In this document: one piece after another, positions 8,967 to 18,050 of the stretch
How positions within the stretch are numbered: the first letter of the stretch is position 1
Layout of the letters: each line of letters starts with the position of its first letter
Source: an uncultured archaeon
Lineage (GTDB): Archaea; Thermoproteota; Bathyarchaeia; Bathyarchaeales; Bathycorpusculaceae
Direction of reading: 5' to 3'
NCBI GenBank assembly: GCA_963810275.1
Contig: CAWENF010000010.1
Location: 1 to 64,000, forward strand
DNA length: 64,000 bases
Notes under the pieces: generated by a model
What the model was told of the DNA's origin: nothing
Seen by the model: only the letters and a program-made list of their open reading frames with translations
Databases searched by the model: none
Position numbers and translations under genes: made by a program

Positions 8967-9919
8967 TTAGCTTCTAAACCTAATTTTAAATTATCTAGGT
9001 TAACTTGCATCTGATGCAGATAATCTAGGTTTCCCTGTGAACCCAACATCAAGTACAATTCAAGGATAGTAACGGAATGTCCTGTTTGAGCTTGGACTTC
9101 GGATTTGATTGTCTCGACGTAGGATGTTGAGTAGACTGGGTCCACGTAAACCACATAGATATGGTTTTGCTCCATTTCATCAACCAAATTAGCTATTGTG
9201 GTGGCGGTGGGCTGCTCGTCTGCGGATAGCCCGATTACGCCGTGCTGCTCAAACCCATATCGTTCAGCCAAGTACCCGTATGCTTCGTGCGAAACAAAAA
9301 TCTGTGAAACAGCGGCACCTTGAAGGTTCTCTTGGTATTCGGTATCTATTTGTGTTAGTTCTTTTTGTAGGGTTTGCCAGTTCTCTGTGTAATACTCTTG
9401 GTTTTCTGTATCAGCTTGGATTAATGCGCTATAGATTTTTTCTGCCTGCTGCAGTGCCATGTAGGGGCTAATCCACGTGTGGGGGTCGTTTGCGCCGTGA
9501 TCGTGTTCTTCTTCGCCTGCCTCGTGTTCGTCGTGTTCTTGGTTGGCTATAAGGGGTAATCCTTGGGTGCTTTCAACTACAACGCGGGTGCTGGACTGCG
9601 AAAGGGAAGGTAGGATGTCAGCCTCCATCCAGTGATCTGCGCCTCCACCGTTATAGACGATTATATCTGCATCTTGGGCGGCTGCGATGTGCGAGGCTGA
9701 TGGTTCCCATGTGTGGATTTCGGTGTTGCTTGGAACTAGTTGTGTTACAGCTACGTGGTCGCCGCCGATTCGCTCAGTAAGGTAGGCTAAGGGGTAGAAT
9801 GTGGCAACCACGGATAGTTTGCCGGTTTCTTGTGTCGAAGTTGTTAGGCCGACTGCTGTTACTGTGATTATAATTATTAGAGCTACGCTTAGCAGGAAGG
9901 CTTTTTGTTTGCTGTTCAT
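8963..9919 (-). CDS. znuA: Zn ABC transporter substrate-binding protein
   Basis: EIHTWEP, His/Glu-rich loop, DPHTWISP, SHEAYGYL. Confidence 0.9.
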   Translation of the reverse strand: MNSKQKAFLLSVALIIIITVTAVGLTTSTQETGKLSVVATFYPLAYLTERIGGDHVAVTQLVPSNTEIHTWEPSASHIAAAQDADIIVYNGGGADHWMEADILPSLSQSSTRVVVESTQGLPLIANQEHDEHEAGEEEHDHGANDPHTWISPYMALQQAEKIYSALIQADTENQEYYTENWQTLQKELTQIDTEYQENLQGAAVSQIFVSHEAYGYLAERYGFEQHGVIGLSADEQPTATTIANLVDEMEQNHIYVVYVDPVYSTSYVETIKSEVQAQTGHSVTILELYLMLGSQGNLDYLHQMQVNLDNLKLGLEAK

Positions 9920-9941
9920 GTTTGACGGATGACCCGCCAAG

Positions 9942-9969
9942 TTATTAAATATTTTTGATATATTAATAA
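9942..9969. promoter_or_regulatory. NikR-geometry operator TTATTA-N16-TAATAA
   Basis: Perfect 6-16-6 inverted repeat in the divergent znuA/NikR-paralog promoter; the region is AT-rich, so a chance match is possible. Confidence 0.5.
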
Positions 9970-10041
9970 TTAATCGTAGATTAACGGTAAAAATTAATAA
10001 AACTTAATAAAATACACAATCACATTAACAATCCGACCAGC

Positions 10042-10437
10042 ATGACAATAATCAGCCTATCCATACCCGAAACCCTCATAGAAAAAATCGACCAAAAAAT
10101 CCATGAAAAAGGATACGCCAGCCGCTCAGAAATCGCCCGCCAAGCCCTAAGACACTTCCTAATCGAAGACCTAAAAATCCAAGACATAGAAGGTGACGCA
10201 GTAGCCACTATAACTGTCATCTACCGCGAAAACGCCGATCGTCGAAGAATAATGGAAAGCCAACATCGCTATAGTGGCTTAGTCTCCACGTTCCTACACA
10301 CCCACATCCAAGAAGGCACATGCCTAGAAGTCATCATACTAAAAGGACAAGCTTATCTGATTGAAAAATTCGTTGATGCCCTAAAACAAAATGAGGACAT
10401 TATGCAGATAAAAACCTGCCTTCTGGGGCAAAAATAA
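10042..10437 (+). CDS. NikR/CopG-family ribbon-helix-helix metal regulator (paralog divergent from znuABC)
   Basis: IISLSIP...GYASRSEIAR; QH...LHTH...CLEV. Confidence 0.85.
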   Translation: MTIISLSIPETLIEKIDQKIHEKGYASRSEIARQALRHFLIEDLKIQDIEGDAVATITVIYRENADRRRIMESQHRYSGLVSTFLHTHIQEGTCLEVIILKGQAYLIEKFVDALKQNEDIMQIKTCLLGQK

Positions 10438-10450
10438 CCCCATGGTCCAA

Positions 10451-11053
10451 CTATACTTTCTTGGCTATACAAATGAAGTAGTCTTCATCATCTCTTTCGA
10501 AAGTAACTTCAAGCCCATGCTCAGTCATTAGCTGTTTGAGTTTTTCCATTCGGGGCAGAAAATCGTTTTTGATTTCTATGCCGCCACTCATGTGAACGCC
10601 GTTGATTTTGTCTGCGGAGTTTGAGTGTGCTACCGCTAAACGTCCACCTTTCTTCAGAGCCTTAGTTAATATTTCGATGGCTAAGGGTTTGTCAACGAAG
10701 TGCGGAAAACAGGAGTAGCAAACAACCAAATCGAACTCTGAATCGTATTTTAGGTCGTAAACATCAGCTACTTGAAAAGTAACTTGAGGGTGCTCTTTTT
10801 CTGGAAACTTTGAGCGGGCTACCTCAATCATTTTCTCCGAATAATCAACCGCAACAACACAGCCAGCCCCCAATTTTTTTTCGTAGAAAGGAATCATAAC
10901 GCCTGTACCTGTGCCAATGTCCAGAATCTTATCGCCACCTTGTATTTCTAGTAAGTTGGTGATGTACTGCACTTTTTCAGGGTCATGGATGGTGATTGTG
11001 TCCCATTCGTGGGCTTTTTGGTTGAAAAACTTTTTTTGTTTTGGATTAAGCAT
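10451..11053 (-). CDS. Class I SAM-dependent methyltransferase
   Basis: ILDIGTGTG, VDYS, YSCFPHF. Confidence 0.85.
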   Translation of the reverse strand: MLNPKQKKFFNQKAHEWDTITIHDPEKVQYITNLLEIQGGDKILDIGTGTGVMIPFYEKKLGAGCVVAVDYSEKMIEVARSKFPEKEHPQVTFQVADVYDLKYDSEFDLVVCYSCFPHFVDKPLAIEILTKALKKGGRLAVAHSNSADKINGVHMSGGIEIKNDFLPRMEKLKQLMTEHGLEVTFERDDEDYFICIAKKV

Positions 11054-11073
11054 ATTTCGATTTCACTTCTCCA

Positions 11074-11829
11074 TTAATGTGGTATTACTACGGGTATACC
11101 GCGCACTCTCTCAACATAGGCGTCAATGTTGTAAACGACCTTGATGTTCTCAGGAGTGATGACTTCATGTCCACCCGCGGCGTAAACCATGCCTTGCTTC
11201 ATCAAGACGAATTTGTCTGAGTGACGGATTGCCAAGTTGAGGTCGTGAATTATCATAATCGCCGCCATATGGTTCTTTTTAACGATGTTACGGATGAGGT
11301 GCATAATCATGTGCTGGTTAGAGAGGTCAAGGCTGCTGGTGGGTTCATCAAGTAGGATTACTCGGGGTTGCTGAACAAGCACGCGGGCTATTTGCACCAG
11401 TTGATATTCGCCTCCGCTAATCTCATCAACATACTTTAGTGCTAAATCATCCAAACCCAGCAGATGAATCACTCTGCCTGCCAGCCGCACGTCGTTTTGG
11501 GTTATATCCCATTCAAAATGCGGACGCCTGCCCAATAGTACAGAATCAAAAACAGTCGTTTTGGATGTCTCGCTTTTTTGGGCTACGTATCCGATGTTTT
11601 TGGCGATGTCTCGTTTACTCATCTGAAACAGGTCTACGCCATCCATGAAGACAGCACCAGAGGCGGGGGTAAGAACTTTACTTATGCACTTGATGAGCGT
11701 AGTTTTTCCAACGCCGTTAGGTCCCAAAATGGAAACCACATCATCTTTTTCTACGGTGAAGGAGATGTCAGTTAATACTTTTTTGTTGCGGTAAGCGAAG
11801 CTGATATTTTCTACGGCGAAGAAGGTCAT
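11074..11829 (-). CDS. FecE/BtuD-type ABC ATP-binding protein
   Basis: GPNGVGKT, ISGGE, LLDEPT, IHDLN. Confidence 0.9.
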   Translation of the reverse strand: MTFFAVENISFAYRNKKVLTDISFTVEKDDVVSILGPNGVGKTTLIKCISKVLTPASGAVFMDGVDLFQMSKRDIAKNIGYVAQKSETSKTTVFDSVLLGRRPHFEWDITQNDVRLAGRVIHLLGLDDLALKYVDEISGGEYQLVQIARVLVQQPRVILLDEPTSSLDLSNQHMIMHLIRNIVKKNHMAAIMIIHDLNLAIRHSDKFVLMKQGMVYAAGGHEVITPENIKVVYNIDAYVERVRGIPVVIPH

Positions 11830-12950
11830 TTGCGGTATCTCCTAACGAGCAGATAGATGAATAAGGGTCCGCCAAGCATTGAGGTGATGATGCCTACGGG
11901 TATGACTGAGGGATAAAGGATGACTTGTCCAACTCCGTCAGCTACAAGCAGGATTATTGCGCCTAAGATGACTGAGAGGGGAATGAGGTAGCGGTGGTCG
12001 CTGCCGATTATCATTCGTGCAATGTGGGGTCCAAGCAAACCGATAAACGCAATTATACCGAAGAAGGAAACTATGACCGCGGACAAAACAGACGTTAAGA
12101 GCATGCCAACGATTCGCTCCTGTGAGGTGTTGACTCCTAAGCCTTTTGCGGTGTCCTCTCCTGCATCAAGAGCATTGTAGTCCCAGCGTTTATAGAAGAA
12201 GTACAGCACCACTGGGAGAAACACGAAGAGAATTGTAGTGTTCCAGGACCATGTTGCTTTGCCCAAGTCACCAAACGTCCAGGCGACAATATTACCCAAC
12301 TGAGAGTCAGTGGCTATGTATTGCATAAAGGATAAGCCTGCTGAGAACATGACGCTGATGGCTACACCTGCTAGTATCATGGTTTCGGGGCTAACTCGGG
12401 TTATTTTGGTAAGTAATAGTATCAGCCCTGTTGCCAAAAGGGAAAACGCAAAGGCACATACCGTGGTAATGTAGGGGTTGTTGATTGATACTACGTTGGT
12501 TAAGCTGCTGCCTGCGCCCAAGAAGATAATGGCAAAAGAAGCCCCAAATGCGGATGCACTGGAAATACCTAAAGTGAAGGGAGACGCTAGTGGGTTGCGC
12601 AGTATGCACTGCATCACGGTTCCTGCGACTGATAGGCCTGCCCCGGCGATTAGTGCTCCGAAGATTCGGACCATACGGATATTCCAAATCGTACCGCCTA
12701 CACCCGACGTATCAAACGTAAAAAGGTGCTTGACGACGTCACCAAACGGGATGTTGATAGGGCCGTTTTGGGCAGCGATGATTACACCAACAACCAGCAG
12801 CACCAACCCGACAATTAAAAACAGACGTTTTCGTTTAACAAAGTTTTTGTAGACTTTTGAGATTTGAGTGCTGTCCGCTTCGTCGTCTTCGTATATGTCA
12901 AAGGCTTCTTTTTCGTCTGGATGATGATGGTTGACTTGCTCGTTTGCCGT
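11826..12950 (-). CDS. FecCD/BtuC-type ABC permease (probable ACG start at 12950)
   Basis: RNPLASPFTLG and IAFIGLLGPH motifs; frame is open 48 codons upstream of TTG 12806 and includes the start of TM1. Confidence 0.85.
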   Translation of the reverse strand, partial: TANEQVNHHHPDEKEAFDIYEDDEADSTQISKVYKNFVKRKRLFLIVGLVLLVVGVIIAAQNGPINIPFGDVVKHLFTFDTSGVGGTIWNIRMVRIFGALIAGAGLSVAGTVMQCILRNPLASPFTLGISSASAFGASFAIIFLGAGSSLTNVVSINNPYITTVCAFAFSLLATGLILLLTKITRVSPETMILAGVAISVMFSAGLSFMQYIATDSQLGNIVAWTFGDLGKATWSWNTTILFVFLPVVLYFFYKRWDYNALDAGEDTAKGLGVNTSQERIVGMLLTSVLSAVIVSFFGIIAFIGLLGPHIARMIIGSDHRYLIPLSVILGAIILLVADGVGQVILYPSVIPVGIITSMLGGPLFIYLLVRRYRK

Positions 12951-13009
12951 TGCCGCTACACCGCCAATGAGGTAAAAAAGTTAGAAAGAGGTTTATTAAC
13001 GAATCACAG

Positions 13010-14104
13010 CTAAAGTGTGACTTCGCTGCATCCGTTGCCTGTTTGTCCTGCTGCGATGTCTTGGTAGGTCATTGAGGTTCCTGGGAAGAATAGTTGTATG
13101 ATTTCGTTTGCTTTGTCTTTGAAGTTCCACGAGTACTGGTCGCCGTTCATCACGGAAGCGACATAATACACGTTGATTAGCTGGTTGTCCCAGTTGGTTC
13201 CGTAGCATTTGTAGACCATGGTTGAGTAGATGTTGCCGTCTTTAATTGCTGAAACATCCTGCAAGCCTGTGTTGTCATGTATGTAGCCGTTGATTGTGTC
13301 GATGCAGGTGCTTAAGCCAATACTGTCTATGAATATGTAGTCGGGGTTAGCGTGGATTAGGGTTTCAAGTGTGATGGTGTATGGTTGACCGTTTGCGGCT
13401 GGCTCAATAGCGTTTGGTATGTTGGAGTATTCAAAGGGCAGATAGTTGCCAGAGCCTTTAAGGAATGATGCTCCACCATAATAGAACATGCCGCACGCGT
13501 ATGCGCTTTTGCTGCTTTCGGCTGGTGCTGTGGATGTGATATCACTAATCATGTTAGCGACGCCTTCGTTTAGTTCTGTGGCTCTTGCTGATTCACCAAA
13601 CAAAGCACCCAGCGAGGTGATTTGGTCGTAGAAGCTTTGTCCGAATTCAACGTTTGTGTCTATAACGTAGACGGGGATGTTTGTTTGAGTTTGGAGGTTG
13701 TCTGCTGTTGCTATTTCCTCTGCTAGTGAGGTAATGATTAAGCTTGGATTAAGGTCTAATATGGCTTCGGGAGTTGTTGCTACTTCGGGTAGCGAGGCGA
13801 ATTTGGCTTTATTAATAAGGTAGTAGGTTTGGTCGTCTCTGGTGTTGAATGTGCCGGCGGGTTCGACAGCTTGTACTTTGTCAACTACGTCAAAGTATGA
13901 TACTAATCGTAGCGAGCCCGCACCCATACAATAGACAGAGTCTATTTGTTCAGGGATGTCTACTGTTCTGCCCAGAGCATCGGTAACTGTAGTTGCCGAT
14001 GGTTCAGCAGGGGTTTGGTTTTGGGTAAGAGCGTAAACTGCGCCTACTGCGGCGACTATTATTATGGCTATTGCAACTATGGCGAATAAATTTTTTTTTC
14101 CCAT
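13010..14104 (-). CDS. Metal-chelate ABC substrate-binding protein
   Basis: N-terminal TM anchor, VTDALGRTVDIP, NPDYIFID, AIKDGNIY. Confidence 0.85.
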   Translation of the reverse strand: MGKKNLFAIVAIAIIIVAAVGAVYALTQNQTPAEPSATTVTDALGRTVDIPEQIDSVYCMGAGSLRLVSYFDVVDKVQAVEPAGTFNTRDDQTYYLINKAKFASLPEVATTPEAILDLNPSLIITSLAEEIATADNLQTQTNIPVYVIDTNVEFGQSFYDQITSLGALFGESARATELNEGVANMISDITSTAPAESSKSAYACGMFYYGGASFLKGSGNYLPFEYSNIPNAIEPAANGQPYTITLETLIHANPDYIFIDSIGLSTCIDTINGYIHDNTGLQDVSAIKDGNIYSTMVYKCYGTNWDNQLINVYYVASVMNGDQYSWNFKDKANEIIQLFFPGTSMTYQDIAAGQTGNGCSEVTL

Positions 14105-14121
14105 ATGTACACTTCCAAAAG

Positions 14122-14163
14122 CAATTGTGTATTACTTTTCTTTACATTAGTAACACACAATTG
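14122..14163. promoter_or_regulatory. NikR-type operator (15-bp inverted repeat, core GTATTA-N16-TAACAC)
   Basis: CAATTGTGTATTACT-N12-AGTAACACACAATTG (14/15 match) just upstream of the SBP gene; same 6-16-6 spacing as the E. coli NikR site GTATGA-N16-TCATAC. Confidence 0.7.
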
Positions 14164-14428
14164 TTTTCTGCTAATAAATATTTCTAAACAAAAAATATAA
14201 TCAAGTTAAACTAGGTATCTACAAGGTGGGCACCTAAAGTTTGATTATGTAAGTGCTGGGCGCTGTTTTCAAAGTTAAATCGGAAAGTGGTTGGCACCAA
14301 AATTTTGAAGAAAAGTTGCAAAAACGCATTCAACGTGTTAGCTTTATCGATTCCTGCCTCCCATTACAGCCCTTTCCAGAAGAACCAACTTTCTTAGGAA
14401 CCTCTTTACACACATCATCATTTGATGG

Positions 14429-14578
14429 TTATTTCAATTTCATATCTTTATTGCAGCACACATGAAGGCAATGATTACAAGACACACCTTTAGGATGGTT
14501 GCCATCTTCAGAGCAGATCTTTTCAACTTTTAGTTCAAGTCCACATTCTTCACAAAAATAAACCTGACCTATTTCCAT
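14429..14578 (-). CDS. Cys/His-rich desulforedoxin-like microprotein (49 aa)
   Basis: MEIGQVYFCEECGLELKVEKICSEDGNHPKGVSCNHCLHVCCNKDMKLK*; YxCxxCG...CCxxxM. Confidence 0.7.
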   Translation of the reverse strand: MEIGQVYFCEECGLELKVEKICSEDGNHPKGVSCNHCLHVCCNKDMKLK

Positions 14579-14909
14579 ATCGTGACAGTGTACCAAAAGA
14601 ATATCTCCAAATAGAATAAAAGATTACTCGCTTAGAGTTTTTACTATAACGCTAATTTCAAACACTGGACTGAGGATCAAGCAGTAAATAAAGTCATGAT
14701 TTCCGATGCCTCTTGTGTGCCTTTCGGTACGAATGAAAATGCCGACCAAGAGCAATATTACGTTATAGCTAAACAAGGCTTAAGTAGATAAATCCAAAGA
14801 TCTTGGCTTTAACCTCCGTCACATATTTGAAAGCCACTTAAAACAATTAATTAACGGAAATTCATCATTATTACAGCAAAACAATAGCTATTCAATAAGT
14901 AATAAGGAT

Positions 14910-14959
14910 AAGTGGTGGGCCGAACCGGATTCGGACCGGCGACCTTCTGGACGTCGAGC
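14910..14959 (-). repeat. Duplicated 3' half of tRNA-Val (att-like direct repeat of 16154-16203)
   Basis: 50 bp with 2 mismatches, from the anticodon loop to CCA. Confidence 0.9.
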
Positions 14960-15098
14960 CTTGACTTTAAAACTAGATTGGGACGAATATAAAAACTGAG
15001 TCCATTTTTTTAGTCGCGATTTGTAAGAAGCTAAATAGACTCAAAAGACTTTTGTTCAATTCCTCAAAAAGGGGAGGGCTGTTAGAAATTTTTTTAGG

Positions 15099-15482
15099 CT
15101 ACTTGTTTTCTTTTTTAGCGTTTAACTCGGCGAGTCTAGCTTTGACGCCTTCCATTTCCTGTTCAAGGTCTGCTTTCTCTGCTGCTAAATTTTTTTGGTA
15201 GTTTTCTAGAGTTGCGACTTCCTGCTCTGGAAGTTGTGGTTGTGTTATTGGTATGTTGTTTTGAGGGTTGATGGCTGGAGCGATTATGACTTGGGGGTAA
15301 CCGTACCCGCGTCTTCCGAAACATCTTCCTCTGCCTCTACCGTATCCTCGTCCGCCTCTGTAGAAGCCTCTGCCGTATCCTAGGTTAGCGTATCCTGGAG
15401 CTGAGTTGCCTGCGCAGTATCCTGCTGCTCTTCCGGTCATTGGTCCAGAACCTACTGGGCCTGTTTTGTCTCCTCCTGGCAT
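15099..15482 (-). CDS. DUF5320 family Gly/Arg-rich protein
   Basis: MPGGDKTGPVGSGPMTGRAAGYCAG, RGG repeats, coiled-coil tail; GAGGTGA SD. Confidence 0.8.
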   Translation of the reverse strand: MPGGDKTGPVGSGPMTGRAAGYCAGNSAPGYANLGYGRGFYRGGRGYGRGRGRCFGRRGYGYPQVIIAPAINPQNNIPITQPQLPEQEVATLENYQKNLAAEKADLEQEMEGVKARLAELNAKKENK

Positions 15483-15606
15483 ATTTTTTTTCACCTCTAT
15501 TTTGTGTTTATGCACACATTACATTTATGTGATAGTGCACATAAATATATAAAAGTTCCGAAAAACAGTAATATCTCAACCGAAACCAAGAAGGACCCGA
15601 ATTCAA

Positions 15607-15945
15607 ATGTGGAGAGGAAGACACCGATGTGGCCAAAGAGGCAGACTGCCAAAACCCATAAACCTAACCATAACACCAGCCATAACCACCTTTACTCCAA
15701 ACCCGCCAAGAAACCCGCAGCCAGTAACAATTGAATTTGCAGAAGTGGAAGCATTAAGGCTAGTAGACATGGACGGTTTATCGCAGGAAGATGCAGGCAA
15801 AAAAATGAGTATTTCAAGAGGAACCATCTGGAGGCTACTGCAAAGCGCAAGAAAAAAAGTCGCCCTTGCCCTCAGCGAAGGAAGACCAATATACATTGTA
15901 GCATCCAATCGAAAAGAAGATACAGCAAACTCTGAAAAACATTAA
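15607..15945 (+). CDS. DUF134 (UPF0251) HTH protein
   Basis: GRLPK...EVEALRLVDMDGLSQEDAGKKMSISRGTIWRLLQSARKKVA; palindrome TTATGTG-N6-CACATAA at 15525-15544 in the divergent promoter. Confidence 0.85.
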   Translation: MWRGRHRCGQRGRLPKPINLTITPAITTFTPNPPRNPQPVTIEFAEVEALRLVDMDGLSQEDAGKKMSISRGTIWRLLQSARKKVALALSEGRPIYIVASNRKEDTANSEKH

Positions 15946-16156
15946 GAAATGGATAATTAGCGAAATATCTTTTCTGAATTCAAGAGCTAAAAAAACAACG
16001 CCACCGCCACCGAATACTTCAACATGGATAGCCTATAATCTAAAGAACACGACGTTAACCTCAACTGAATTTTTGAAAATTACGTAAACAATTGATTCTG
16101 CAACTACAAATAGCCAAAGTACACGAAAACAGTTACTAAATCAAGTTACTGAGAAG

Positions 16157-16234
16157 TGGTGGGCCGAACCGGATTCGGACCGGCGACCTTCTGCACGTCA
16201 AGCAGATGTCCTAACCAGGCTAGACGACCGGCCC
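16157..16234 (-). tRNA. tRNA-Val(GAC), CCA encoded
   Basis: Cloverleaf GGGCCGG...TCTGC-TTGACGT-GCAGA...GCCGG-TCCGAAT-CCGGT-TCGGCCC-ACCA. Confidence 0.95.
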
Positions 16235-16403
16235 ACACGTTTGCAGCTATTTCAACGCAGCTTTCCTATATAGGAGATTCGCTGAAACAGAGCATTGCAA
16301 TAATTCATTTCGAGGCAACTATTAAACCATTGCGCCTGCACGCCACCGTGATGATATAAGTTTTAAGCATCTTCAAACATAATTTATGTTCGGATAAAGC
16401 GCT

Positions 16404-17654
16404 ATGAAAGCAACCGACGAAGTGCCTTCCCTACTGGTAGAATTCATAAACAAAAACTCCGACGTCGCCGATGTACAGTGGGACCGCCGCATGAGCCCAC
16501 GGTTGCTCTTCAATCCCTATTCAGATAAGTATGAGGAACGAAAAATCGTCGCCCACTACTTTTTGCTTGCCGCGGCCATACTTGACGACACCATCGTTAG
16601 GTACCCTGAAAACGCTCGAATGCTACTGGCATATTTGCATATGGCTTTAGGCAACTCGTTTTTCGAAATAAAAAAGGCTCATATATTTGAGGAAGAAATC
16701 GTTAAGGCTAATTTTTATAACGATTTAGGCCCAAACAAAAAAGCCGCCTCAGAAAACCTCGCCGCCGTCAACCTCTTTATACGCATTAACGCCGAACGAA
16801 ACCTCCTCAAATACTCCCAGAAATTCACTAAACCAAAAGACTTCATTGAAGACCTCTCCAAAAACATCCCTGCCTTAGGTGGATCCCACATAGACAGAGC
16901 GTGGATTTACATGCGATGGATGGTTCGCCCTGAACCTGACCTGCAAATCTACGATCACTTTTTACCCGAGGATCTCTTTGTACCTTTGACTAAAGAAAAT
17001 GCCAACGTTGCTGCCAGCTTAGGCATAATCTCTTATGCTTTACCTTCGCTTTGGCGTGACGAGCAAATATCCATGCAAGCGCGCCAAAAATTGACTTGGT
17101 TCGCTAAACGCCTCTACCCTCAAGACCCTGCCAAAGTTGATCACCCATTTTTCTTACTGGGTAGGTGGCTTAAGCAAAAAACGTTAAACCTCTACACTCT
17201 GAGGTCAGCACTGGATTTTTTAAATCAAATGCAGAAAATTACGGGGCAACCTCAGGCGTATTACCAGAAGATGAGCCGCTACAAAAGCGGTTGGGAAAAG
17301 AAAACTGCCCTTACTTTGCTAAAGCTGCATATTCCTTATGGGTATGAAACTATTAGTTTTCCGTTGCCAAATGAGGTTTATACACCGGACTTTATTCTGG
17401 AAAAAAAACTTGCAGGTAGAAAAATCATCCTTGAACCGCACTTTGAAATGACCAAGCGACAGGCACGAAAATACGCCCAATTCAAACGCATCTATGGACA
17501 CGAATTCTTGCTTATATTACTGCTTAAAAACGACCTTATCCCATTGTATCATCAACGTAAAATCTTAACTGACGACGTTGCGGACGATGTGTGGCCTATT
17601 GAGTACATTCATTTGTTGGCAGAAAAAATTCGAAGGGGCACTTACGGAGAGTAA
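16404..17654 (+). CDS. DUF2400/TIGR02757-like helical domain fused to a C-terminal PD-(D/E)xK nuclease (T7 endonuclease I-like)
   Basis: YMRWMVR...LFVPL...YPQDPAKVD; C-terminal YKSGWEK...YGYE...YTPDFIL...IILEPH. Confidence 0.7.
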   Translation: MKATDEVPSLLVEFINKNSDVADVQWDRRMSPRLLFNPYSDKYEERKIVAHYFLLAAAILDDTIVRYPENARMLLAYLHMALGNSFFEIKKAHIFEEEIVKANFYNDLGPNKKAASENLAAVNLFIRINAERNLLKYSQKFTKPKDFIEDLSKNIPALGGSHIDRAWIYMRWMVRPEPDLQIYDHFLPEDLFVPLTKENANVAASLGIISYALPSLWRDEQISMQARQKLTWFAKRLYPQDPAKVDHPFFLLGRWLKQKTLNLYTLRSALDFLNQMQKITGQPQAYYQKMSRYKSGWEKKTALTLLKLHIPYGYETISFPLPNEVYTPDFILEKKLAGRKIILEPHFEMTKRQARKYAQFKRIYGHEFLLILLLKNDLIPLYHQRKILTDDVADDVWPIEYIHLLAEKIRRGTYGE

Positions 17655-17690
17655 AGCAACGGTTTGAATTAAAAGAACAAAGAGATTTTC

Positions 17691-18050
17691 ATGAGTGAAA
17701 TAAATTTTAAAGTAAAGACAGTTTGGTTGATTCTTACCGGCAAAACCGAAGAGGCACTAGAATTCCTCGCCCAAACCTACGGAGTGTCAACGCCTCATCT
17801 TAAAGTCGGGCTGCCAAAAAAACATAAAACCACCGCATACGGAACCTATACTGCCAACAATCAAACCATCGCAGTACTCAACAGCGACGTTATCACCAAC
17901 CCATTTGTAATCATTCACGAATTCTACCATCATTTAAGAAGCAAAAATGTAGACCGAATACATCGGGGCACAGAAGGTAACGCCGACAAATTCGCCTTAG
18001 ACTTTATAGTGCAGTATCAAGCTGCTGTTAAGCGGTTTGAGGGTCAGTAG
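17691..18050 (+). CDS. Small HEXXH zinc metallopeptidase (IrrE/ImmA-like)
   Basis: IIHEFYHH...TEGNADKFA. Confidence 0.7.
   Translation: MSEINFKVKTVWLILTGKTEEALEFLAQTYGVSTPHLKVGLPKKHKTTAYGTYTANNQTIAVLNSDVITNPFVIIHEFYHHLRSKNVDRIHRGTEGNADKFALDFIVQYQAAVKRFEGQ

Noticed and set aside
14910-14959. Second tRNA gene or split-tRNA half
   Set aside because: No 5' half, no BHB or complementary leader, and two mismatches in the anticodon arm; it fits an att remnant.
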